A stretch of 64,000 nt of DNA from the human T2T-CHM13v2.0 reference genome, Homo sapiens, in NCBI RefSeq assembly GCF_009914755.1, contig NC_060933.1; one strand, 5' to 3'. Each line of letters starts with the position of its first letter. Within the stretch, counting starts at the first letter, position 1. A program made the position numbers and the translations under genes. The notes beneath the pieces are model-generated. The model did no database searches and was not told the DNA's origin. It saw only the letters and a program-made list of their open reading frames with translations. Shown here piece after piece: positions 23,214 to 39,169 of the stretch.

Positions 23214-23615
23214 TGTTGAATGGAACTCCAAGATCTCACCTCTCCATCCAGGAATGGAGTCCATGTAATCAAAGTGAACTTAAAAATAGGACAGTTTCAA
23301 CAAGTCAGGAGATTCACAGCAACTGATCAAAGGGAGTCCAGTCAACGTGAGCAAGCGTGATTATGATGAGGAAGCCCCCTCTGCTTTAATCCACACAAGG
23401 AACGTAACCTGAAGTAACCTGATGTTAACCAATCTGCTGTGTCTACTATGCTGTTTCCTTGTTCCTGCTAGTGCTGCTTTACAAATGCAGACCATTCTAT
23501 CATACCTGGCGGGGCTTCTGTTTTATTTTGTAGGCTGGATGCTACCCAGTTCATGAATCGCTAATAAAAGCCAATTAGATCTTTACATAATTTGTTGAGA
23601 TTTTATTCTTTGACA
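23214..23615 (+). mobile_element. Solo ERV LTR (family uncertain)
   Basis: TG...CA termini; LTR-type R/U5 ttcatgaatcgctaataaaagccaattagatcttt...tttgaca. Confidence 0.65.
23563..23568 (+). terminator. Probable distal poly(A) signal of HSDL2, inside an LTR
   Basis: AATAAA, then CA at ~23586, then a U/GU-rich downstream element. Confidence 0.65.
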
Positions 23616-23619
23616 TTCT

Positions 23620-24865
23620 TAAAGGTTTGGGAAAATTAGAGGTAGAACATACCGTGAGGCAGCAATCTCTGGGTTCTGGTCATTAAAATATGAATTTGCT
23701 AATTATACCTATCCCAACAGGGGGATTGAGTCAAGGGACCTTGCCCTTTTCTGGACTGACCTGCTTGATTATTGCCCTAAGTGATTGTTAGTTAGGTTGC
23801 CCATTGGAATCTCTGCCTTCTGGCTTTAAAAATTTTTCCAGATTGGAGTAAATTGAGCTGACTGGTTTTGAGCTTTGTAATGTTAGGGGACCAGCAATGA
23901 GTTCCTCTGATCCATCCAATCATTAGTAGATTAAATCTTTGTTTTAAACCCATCACAGTCCACTATTCATCCCTTTTTAAAATAACCATTTAAAAATTTT
24001 CTACCCTGAATTGCATTTTGAAAGGGATGGTTCCTAGGTAACACAAGGTAGAAAATTTACATCTCAAAGGCAGAGAACTTACATTTCAGGCCTAAATATT
24101 GTTATTTGCCAAGACAGAAAGTTGATGCTAAGAAGCCCAGTTCAGACAAAATGGTTGAAGGTGAGTTTATTTGGACTAATGCTCTCACCTATTGTAAGAA
24201 TTTCTACTGATTTTCCTTTATAGATACACGTTTTTACAAAGAGTTTCAAAATAACTGGCTAAATACCAGAAACGCAAATTTTGGAGACTGATTTAATTCA
24301 ATAGGCGGTCTTTTCAACTTAGCTTCTGTTTCTTAACTAGATTACTGAGTTCAGGGCAGAGCCCATTAGCAAATAGAGCAGACAAAGGGTTTCCTATTTC
24401 TGGATGCAGATGGATAGTTCTGAAAATGCAAATCTGCTTCACCCAAGGGCCTAATTTTTATAAATATTACCTAGCTTTCTTTTTGCCTTTGGAGTAAAAC
24501 AGTAACTAAGTGAAAAGATTGGCAGATTCAATTTTCTTATAAACTAGTTGCTTAAACTTTTCATTTGCCTTCTACGTGAGCTCTTTTAAAGAGACAAACA
24601 TTTTTGAAATCTTTTTAGAAGCTTTTGCACATCAATAGGTATCCCTAGGAGGGCCTGATTCAGAAGCCCTCATTTTTAAACTCAATTCTTAGATGAACAG
24701 TCTTATTCATCTGGAATGTTCCACATAATGGTCATCATAATTCTAATTTATCTTTAGTAAGATTTCACCATTTTTGTAAGTATTTGCAGCTTCTAGGCCC
24801 TAACACATGTAAAAGGTAAACATAGCCAGAAGGTGAAATACACAGTTCTTTAAAAATTTAAGGAT
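23620..24865 (-). mobile_element. Degraded ERV1-class internal sequence (MER4-group-like)
   Basis: General resemblance to antisense ERV1 leader/gag regions; no intact ORF. Confidence 0.45.
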
Positions 24866-24868
24866 GCT

Positions 24869-25155
<287 letters not shown>

Positions 25156-25247
25156 TTAAGGATGCCATTTTTAAGTTGAATCTTGGGTCTCTCAGAGTCA
25201 AGATAAAAGTCTGAGTGAAACGCCATGAGGTTGGGTCACTGTGTTTG

Positions 25248-25305
25248 CTATCTATCTACCTATCTATCTATCTATCTATCATCATCTATCTTATCATCAT
25301 CTATC

Positions 25306-25358
<53 letters not shown>
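25248..25358. repeat. Compound (TCTA)n/(GATA)n tetranucleotide microsatellite
   Basis: Directly visible, with TCA interruptions. Confidence 0.97.
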
Positions 25359-26169
25359 TTTTGTCCAGGTTTCCTGGCTTGTAATTCCCATAGCCCTTGT
25401 TACAAGCTTTTGTTACAATGTTGGGTGTTAGGCCTTGCAGGCAGGCCTCAGGAAACAGAATCTCTCTGACCTTCTCTTGCCTTCCTTTCACTTCCGCAAG
25501 GCAGAACTGTGGGTCATATAAACCCTTATTCCAGAGAGGGTCCTGCTCCATATGCTGGGGGAAAGAATGCCAACTTAATGAAGCATCCATAAAAACCCAA
25601 GAGGACTGGGTTCCAAGAGCTTCTGGATAGCTGAACACATGGAGGGTCCTGGAGGGTGACACACCCCGGGAGGACTGGAGAGCTCTGTGCCCCTTCCCCA
25701 ATACTGTGCCCTATGCATCTCTTCATATGTTATCCTTTATGATTTTCTTTGCAATAAACTGGTAAATGTGTTTCCCTGAGTTCTGTGAGCTGCACCGGCA
25801 AATTAATCAAACCCCAAGTGGAGGTTGTGGGAACCCCAACTTGAAGCCAGTTGGTCAGAATTTCCAGACACCCAGAGTTACAACTGGTGTCTGGGAGGTG
25901 GGGCAGTTTTGGGGACTGAGCCCCTCGACCTGTGGCATCTAACACTATCTACCTGGAGACAGTAGATAGTGGGCAACATGGTGAGACCCACTATCTCCAA
26001 GTAGATAGTGTCAGAATAAAACTGGAGGACACCTACTTGGTGTCCACTGCTTAGCGTGTGGGAAAAACTCTCACACATTTGGTCACAGAAGTCTTCTTAT
26101 GTGTTGATGATTGTTGTTATGTTAGTATGAGAGCAGAGGAAAAATGGTTTAGAGTTTTTTCCCAAAACA
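25359..26169 (+). mobile_element. MER21-family LTR
   Basis: gagcttctggatagctgaacacatggagg...gtttccctgagttctgtgagc...cacacatttggtcacagaagtc...aaaaca. Confidence 0.8.
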
Positions 26170-26295
26170 GTCATGTAATGCTATCATAGTATACCTCAGT
26201 GCATAGATGTTTTATTTTTTCTGCCACTCATTCTAGAGTGCAGTGGCATGCTCATAGCTCACTGCAGCCTTGAATTCCTGGGCTCAAGGTCTTAG

Positions 26296-26514
<219 letters not shown>

Positions 26515-27000
26515 TAATTTTTTAAATTCCAGTTTTTAAGTATTCTTTGTTAGGATACAGAAATGCTTTGTGTCCTGCAATACTGTTAAATCTCCTTATT
26601 AGTTTTAGCAGCTTTTTTTGTAAATCCCTTAGGATTTTCTATGTATGTGATTGTTATCTGCAAATAAAGGCAGTTTTATTTCTTCTTTTCCACTCTGTGT
26701 GCCTTATTTTTTTTTCTTGTCATATTGCACTGTTAGACCCACAGTATAGTGGTGAATATTGGTGGTGAAAATGGATATCCTAGCCTTGTTCTTAGTCTTA
26801 GGGGGAAAACACTGTGTTTTTTCACCATTAACTATGATAGTTGTAGGGCGGTTTTTTTGTAGATGCACATTATCAGGCTGATTGTTGTTTATCTGCTGAG
26901 TATTCTTAATCATATATGATTGCTGAATTTTGTCAAATGCTATTTCTATTATCTATTGAGATGATTAGGTTATTCTCCTTTATTCTATTAATATGGTCAA
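26515..27000 (-). mobile_element. Old L1 ORF2 fragment
   Basis: Minus-strand translation IIVNGEK..FP.K resembles L1 RT. Confidence 0.75.
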
Positions 27001-27435
27001 TTAAAATGATTTTTTAAAATTACTTTTACTTTTTTTAGAGATGGGCTCTTGCTGTTACCCAGGCTGGTCTCAAACTCTTGGTCTCCAGCAATCCTCCTGC
27101 TTTGGCCTCTCAAAGTGCTGGAATGACAGGTGTGAACCACTTTGCCTAGTCTAAAATTATTTTTTAAGTTAAAAATATTTATTGTGCTGTTTTCCCCAAC
27201 CCATGTTTGTTGAAGCCAAATGTACTTAAATAGAGACAAATAGCTGTATCTAGGGGAATGATGGCAGTTTAGGAAGTATCAGGCTTCACTCCCAGCCAAC
27301 AGAAAAGTTCAACTAGAAACTATCCACAGGCCAGAAAATCCTTTTGTAAACCCCAATACTTGGAAACAAGTTTGAGACACACATGGTCCACAGAACGGAA
27401 TGAAATCTGAATTAGAAGGATAAGGAGGACAGTCT

Positions 27436-27467
27436 CCCCCCCGCCCCCCCCCCCCCCCCCCCCCCCC
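27436..27467. repeat. Poly-C tract (C7-G-C24)
   Basis: Directly visible. Confidence 0.95.
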
Positions 27468-28195
27468 GCTTTTTAATAGACTGTGTCTCACTATGTTGCC
27501 CAAGGAAGAATGGTCTTATTCCAACTGTGGCACCCCTTTCCCTCCAAGTCAGCACAATGCCAGACAGAAAAGATTCTCCTGGCCCACAGTTTCTACTAGG
27601 GGAAAACAGAAATTGAAATAGTCATCTAGCTTCCCTAGCATTCTGAGATGTTTCCCAGGCAGCCCACTGTGGTTTCCCCTACCTACCCTTGGGGAAATGG
27701 CACCACTACACGACTCAGGGCCAGGTAGAAACAATGAGAGGAGGCAGAGGTCATAGTAACCAGCACATGGATCTTGGTAATACCTCTACGTTTCTGCCAG
27801 CTGTGGCACCAGATTAGAGATACCAGCCAGTCTCAAAGCCCACCCACAAAGCTGAGCTGGTCACCTTCAGAAGCATGGTGGGAATTTCAAGCTAGCTTGA
27901 GTCCCTAGATAGCTAGTCTCTGTGCCCAGCCTCGGAGCCCACCCCAACAATCCTACTCAAGCAAGGAAACTCCTGCCTCCATGCACTGAGAGAAGGAGCT
28001 AGACCAGCTTGACCCAGGAAGTCAAATGAAGATCTACTCAGCCCTCAGCCAAAAATCCCAGCTAACAATCTACCTAGGCAGGAAGACTCCCACCTCCGAA
28101 CGTTTAAGAAATGCAAAGGGGCCAGACTGGCTTGACCTGAGAGGTCAAACAACCACTCAACTCAGCTAAAAGCCTACCCCACAGTTCCACCCTGA

Positions 28196-30130
<1,935 letters not shown>

Positions 30131-30503
30131 TCAAGACACATAATAATCAAACTACCAAAAATCAAAGACAGAAAATTTTGAGAGCAGCAAGAGATAAGAA
30201 ACATACCACATACAAAGGGGTGCTAATGTAACTACCAGCAAAGTTTTCAGAAATTTTCAGAAATCCTGCAGGCCAGTGGGATGACATTCAAAGTGGTGAA
30301 GGAAAAAACCCGCCAAAAAATAATACTTTATGCAGCAAAGCTGTCTTTCAGAAATGGGGGAGAAATAAAAACCTTCCCAGAAAAACAAAAGCTAAGGGAG
30401 TTTATCACCATTAGGCCTGCCTTGCAGGAATTGCTTAAGGGAATTCTTTAAACTGAAACCAAATAGCTGTATCTAGTCAACATAATGGTATATAACTAGT
30501 AGG

Positions 30504-31125
<622 letters not shown>

Positions 31126-31474
31126 TGATCCACCCACCTTGGCCTCCCAAAGTGCTGGGATTACAGGTATGAGCCACCGTGCCCGGCCAACATGGGACGA
31201 GATTTTAAACTTTACAGCACACAAATCTCTTATTTTAGACTTTTTATCCTCCTTATGATATTCTTTTCCAGGCAATTGTTTCTAAATTCTGAGATGTTTA
31301 AGTCAATATAAAGATGGTAAAGATTCTTGACAAACCAAATACTATAATAATTACTGACCGGGCACTGTGGCTCACGCCTGTAATCCCAGCATTTTGGGAG
31401 GCCGAGGCGGGCGGATCACGAGGTCAGGAGATTGAGACCATCCTGGCTAATACAGTGAAACCCCATCTCTACTA

Positions 31475-31659
<185 letters not shown>

Positions 31660-31722
31660 TTACATAAGAAGAAACAATGCAATGATTGATTTTTGAGTGA
31701 AAAGTTAACTTTATATTTCTAG

Positions 31723-32010
<288 letters not shown>

Positions 32011-32249
32011 TAGTAGAGACGGGGTTTCACCGTGTTAGCCAGGATGGTCTCGATTTCCTCCCACCTCAACCTCTCGATGACCTAGGACCACCAGCACACA
32101 CCACCATGCTTGGCTAATATTTTTATTTAGTAGAGGCGAGGTCTCACTATGTTGCCCAGGATGGTCTCCAACTCCTGGGCTCAAGCGATTCACACACCTT
32201 GGCCTCCCAAAGCACTGAGATTACAGGTATGAACCACATGCCTGGCAAT

Positions 32250-33357
<1,108 letters not shown>

Positions 33358-33377
33358 CTATGATCCACTTTACTCTA

Positions 33378-33618
<241 letters not shown>

Positions 33619-33954
33619 TCTATTGGACTCCTTTTTCCTTTTTTTTTTGAGACACAGTCTTGCTCTGTCACCCAAGCTGGAGTACAGTGGCACAAACACA
33701 GCTTACTGTGGCCTTGACCCTCCTGGGACCAACTGATTCTCCCACATCAGCCTTCCAAGTACCTGGGACTACAGATGTGTGCCACCCCACCCGGCTAATT
33801 TTTTGATTTTTTTTGTAGCGACAGGGTCTCACTTTGTTGCCCAGGCTGGTCCCAAACACCTGGGCTCAAGCAATCCTCCCACCTTGGCCTCCCAAAGTGC
33901 TGAGATGATGGGCGTGAGCCACCATGCCTGGCCTACGATTTGTATTTCATGCTT

Positions 33955-34303
33955 CCTTTTTGAAACAGTTTTATTGAGAAATAACTTACATACCATACAG
34001 TTCACCCATTAAAACGTACAATTCAGTAGCTGTTAGTATAATCAGAGTTTCATAAACATCATCCAATTTTACAATATTTTCATCACCCCAAAAAGAAACT
34101 TTACTCCTTAGTAGTTACCTCACATTTCCACCAAAACCTCTCAGCCCTAGGGAACTACTAGTCTACTTTCTTTCCCTATTGATTTGTATATTCTAGACAC
34201 TTCATATAAATGGAATCATATAATATATGACCCTTTGTGACTGGCTCCTTTCCCATAGCTTTGTAAACTTTTCCAGGTTTATCCATGTTGAAGCATGTAC
34301 CAG
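33955..34303 (-). mobile_element. L1MB-type 3' end
   Basis: tttattgagaaataacttacataccatacagttcaccca...atggaatcata. Confidence 0.8.
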
Positions 34304-35260
<957 letters not shown>

Positions 35261-35869
35261 TCTACTCCTCCTGAGTAGCTGGAACTAGAGATGTGGGCCA
35301 CCATGCCCAGCTAATTTTTTTTTCTTTTTGTAGAGACGAGGGTCTCACTATGCTACCCAAGGTGGTCTCAAACTCCTGGCCTCAAGCAATCCTCCTGCCG
35401 CACCCTCCCAAAGTGCCGGGATTATGGCCCTCAGCCAACCCACTAGGTTTACTGTGATTGCTTTCTCTAGGATCTTCGTTTTTCAAGTCCTAGCTGCCTT
35501 AATAGACCTGACTCCAAATTTTGTATCTCCAGGCCAGTAAGACTGCCGGTAAGCTCTAGGGTGCTTCTTTCTGACTTCTACACTCCTAGACACAAATCAA
35601 CAATGCCCTGAGAAGGAAAAGCGGCTGAGAATGCAGGACTCACTTCAGAGTATTTCTCTTCTTCCTGGGGGGCTCGTGGACTCTCAAGCCTTGGATGACA
35701 GGGTTGCTCTCCAATTGTTTTAAACAGACTTATTTATTTTTTTAAACAGCTTTCATCGTTCTCAGTGGCAGAGTTAGTTTGTTCAACAAGGTACCTCATC
35801 ATGGTTGGATGCCTGCATCATTAAAAAAATTCATTGTAGTGAAATATCCTTTAAACAAATAAAATTAGA

Positions 35870-36550
35870 TTTGTTTTGAAGTTGATTGTGGCAAAAACAA
35901 TTTAAAATTTACCTTTGTAACTACTTTTAAGTGTACAGTTCGGTGGTGTTATATTTACATTATTGTGTAACATCTCTAGAAATTTTTCATCTTGCAAAAT
36001 TGAAACTCTGTACCCAGTAAACATTATATCACCATTTTCCCCTCCCTCTACCCTCTAGCAACCACTATTCTACCGTCTTGTTTCCACAAGTTTGACATAA
36101 TCCCACAGTTTACATACCTCTACATACTTCATATAGGTCAAATCATAACAGTATTTGTCCTTTTGTGACTGGTTTATTGCACTTGGCACAACATCCTCAA
36201 GGTTCATCTATGTTGTAGCCTGTGATAAGATTTCCTTCCTTTTTAAGGCTGAATAATATTCCATTATATGTATATATCACATTTTCATTCATCTCTTCAT
36301 CTGTTGATGAACATTTGGGCTGCTTCAACCTCTTGGCTATTGTGAATAGTGCTGCAATGAACATGAATGTGCAAATATCTCTTCGATATCCTGCTTTCAA
36401 TTCTTTTGGATATTTACCCAGAAGTGGGATTGCTGGATCATATGGTAGCTCTAGTTTTAGTTTTTTGAGGAACTTCCCCACTGTTTTGCATAGTGGTGGT
36501 ACCATCTACATTCCTATCAGCATTGCATAAGAGTTCCAATTTCTCCACAA
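35870..36550 (-). mobile_element. L1MB-type 3' fragment
   Basis: ORF 36197-36505 [21 protein letters not shown]...[11 protein letters not shown] is the L1 ORF2 C-terminus. Confidence 0.9.
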
Positions 36551-37029
36551 GATCCCATCTTTAGAATATGCAGCAATTAACTAGGGGGTTTTCATTTTTG
36601 GTCTTTTTTGTTTGTACAAACATTATTGTGTCAACATTTACACAGATTTTAAATTTCAGCCTAGACCTGGAAGAGTGTTGATAGAGGAAGGTGTTAAGAA
36701 CATCAACCGGAATCAGCTCTAGAGATGGAGAGGGGTTGGCAGAAGCTACCTAAAAGAGAGAACATGCTTGATGTGGTAATGAAGTTACCTGCTTGGATTC
36801 TGGACGACCCTGGATATTTTCTCCTTTGCTAAGAAGTTAGCTTCTTTCTCTCCCTCAAAAATATTCTTCTCTTCCCTTACCTACTCCAAGGGTACAAGTG
36901 ACTGGGGTATGCCTGTCACAGATGAGGTGAGGCCAAGATGTGGGCACTACGTAAGGCCTGACAGATATGGTGTAAATGTTATTTATTACCATGATTACTG
37001 TTTTGGAGATGGTCAGTGCTGTAAATAGA

Positions 37030-37270
37030 AAGGGAGTTAAGAGCAGACTCTGAAGCCAGACTGTCCGGAATGAATCCAGGCTCCTCTAGCTACTATCTAT
37101 GTGATGTTGAAAAAATTTCTTAATTTCTCTGTGCCTCAGTTTCCTTATCATAAAATGGCAATGTTAATAGCACCCACTATGTAGAGTTCTTAGGATTAAA
37201 TAAATTAATATTCGCTAAGTACTCAGTGCAAACTGTGGGCACACAGCAAGTACTACGAAAGTGTTAGGTA
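37030..37270 (+). mobile_element. MIR
   Basis: gttaagagcagactctgaagccagactg...ctctgtgcctcagtttcctt. Confidence 0.8.
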
Positions 37271-38009
37271 AAATAAAGGTGGACCAAGCCTGGTAGCACC
37301 TAGGAAGTCCAGCTTCATCTTTGCTGTGCTGAGTCGTGTAGGTGGTGTTCTTGTGTCTCTGGTTTGCTGGAGGACCTAGTTTTAGTGTATTTTAGGTATC
37401 ATTAAGCATCCCCGCTCCCTCGATGGGATAGGGGTGTGTGTGTTACAGGTGGTTGTTGGGCACCTTCACGGGGCAGCGGTGACTATGGGCTGTACGTAGT
37501 ATCTCGGTAGAAAGTGTTAATGCACATCCCTGGGCGGAGAGGTAACTCTACTCAATGCGTTATAAGGGAAATCACACACCTCACGGATGGTGTAGGTTCT
37601 GTCTGCTCCTTGCGTTTCAGTGGAGGTGCACAGAGCTCCGGGGGGCATCGGGGACCGCGGGCCCAGGACGTGTAGTAGGGAGCAGTGCTGTACACTTCCT
37701 CGGACCATAGCGGGGACGGCGGGTTCCACACCTGTCGGGGCAGTAGGGACTGAGCTCGTGCGCGCGGAGGATGGATTGCTCCAACCTCTCGGTCCAGCGC
37801 GCCGGCCGCCGCGTGCGAACGTGTGTGCGGCAGGAGGCTCGGTCTACACCTCCTCGGGGCAGCAACGACTGCGAGCTCGGTGCGTGCCGTAGGAGGTGTC
37901 GTTACACACTTCCTGTGGGTCTCGCCGACCACGGCGCGTTTCCGGTGCCGGCTGGAGCCCGGGGTCCGAGCCCCCGCCCCGCTCGCCGGCCCCGCCCCGG
38001 CCCGCCCGC

Positions 38010-38308
38010 GCCCCGCCCCCTGCCCGCCCGCCGCGCTCCGAGCCGGGCGCGCGGAGCTCGGGGCGCACGGAGCGGCGCGCGGCGGTCGGCCGAGCCAGGC
38101 TGGCGCCCCCGCCCCCCGCCCCGCTCCTCGGTCCGCCGCCCGCCGGGCGCCTTCCCCGCTCCACTTACCTTCGGTGCCCGGCCCTCTGGCCGCTCTCCTC
38201 CCGCCCTCGCGCCCCTTCGGCCCGTCCCGTCCAGCCCGGGCTGCCCGGCTCTCGCAGGCCCCCCCGCGCCGACCGCGTTCCTATGGACAGACGCACAGAC
38301 ACCTGCAG
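38010..38308 (+). other. KIAA1958: Non-coding first exon of the downstream gene, probably KIAA1958 (TSS approximate)
   Basis: Donor CCTGCAG|gtgggt at 38308/38309 in the CpG island (alternative GG|gtgaga 4 nt later); no coding exon in the following 25 kb. Identity comes from recalled gene order after HSDL2, not from coding sequence. Confidence 0.7.
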
Positions 38309-38380
38309 GTGGGTGAGAGCCCGCGCGCGGGGCGGGGACGAGCGCGCCGACGCCGCGACCCAGGCGGGGAGCCCCTTTGT
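38169..38380 (-). ncRNA. Candidate first exon of an antisense lncRNA (HSDL2-AS1/C9orf147-like); start approximate
   Basis: + strand ccacttacct at 38161-38170 equals a perfect minus-strand donor AG|GTAAGT inside the CpG island. Confidence 0.55.
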
Positions 38381-39128
38381 GTGGGGGGCGGCCGCGCCGG
38401 GGTCGACTCTGCTTCCCCGTCAGCGGCCGCGCGGTGACCCGGCTGAACCTTCCTTTTGTCTCCTCTCGGGGGAGCGAGGCCGGAGCGAGGGCAGGGACCC
38501 GGGCGGCCGCTCGTCGGCAGCGCCGGGCTTGGGGGTGCGAGGCGCAGAGACCCCCGGTGGCGGCTCCGGTCCGCCTGCCCCGGGCCGCCCCGCCGCCCGG
38601 CAGCTCGGGTCTCAGCGGCGGCTGCAGGCGCAGTGCGTGGGGCTGGCGCCCCCGCTCCTGCTCTTGGGTCTGTCGGAGGTGGGAAGGAGGGCGGGAAGGA
38701 GGAGGAAAAGGTCTGTCCTCTTAGTTTCCAAGTCTTGAGATGCTTATGGAGAAAGAGAGGTGGTTCAGGGCTCTGCCCCACTAGTTTTCCTCCTCGGGTG
38801 GCTCGCCGAGGTGCGTTTGGGGCGTGTGTGAAGGAACGTGCATGGCTTCGCTCCCTTATTTATTGTTTCTAACGGAGGAGGGCTTTCTCCAAAAGGCTCT
38901 TCCGCCCCCCCACCCCCATCTGAGGCTGCGCACAGTGATTTGTGTTTGTTATCAAATATATCGAGAAATGTATTCCCCTGGGTAGGAGGAGGTTGGACTG
39001 AACAACGTCAAACCAAAATCAAAGAATGTTTTTGGTTCCTTCAAGTCTTTTTTTTTTTCTTTAAGGTTTTAGATTGGGACTTTAAAAAAAATGAACGTGG
39101 CTGTGATTTTTACAATTATATGTATTTA

Positions 39129-39131
39129 GTG

Positions 39132-39166
<35 letters not shown>
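39129..39166. repeat. (GT)n microsatellite just downstream of the CpG island
   Basis: Directly visible, one GC interruption. Confidence 0.95.

Positions 39167-39169
<3 letters not shown>

Larger units (their letters stand above)
21725..23590 (+). other. HSDL2: HSDL2 3'UTR (end approximate)
   Basis: AU-rich sequence after the stop; ATTAAA 21882, AATAAA 22735, 22851 and 23563; the last is followed by a U/GU-rich element (tttgttgagattttattcttt). Confidence 0.7.
37630..38860. promoter_or_regulatory. CpG island, likely bidirectional promoter
   Basis: Very high GC and CpG density against a CpG-poor background; clustered GC boxes (CCCCGCCCC) 37970-38125; ETS-like cores CACTTCCT at 37693 and 37907 and TTTCCGGT at ~37939; no TATA box. 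Confidence 0.93.

Noticed and set aside
36780-36885. Further minus-strand donor-like sites (gttacctg, cttaccta) as lncRNA exons
   Set aside because: Such motifs occur often by chance and I could not pair them with a convincing acceptor
37460-37960. CRISPR-like repeat-spacer reading of the promoter periodicity
   Set aside because: Mammalian DNA; units are highly degenerate with irregular spacing and no cas genes
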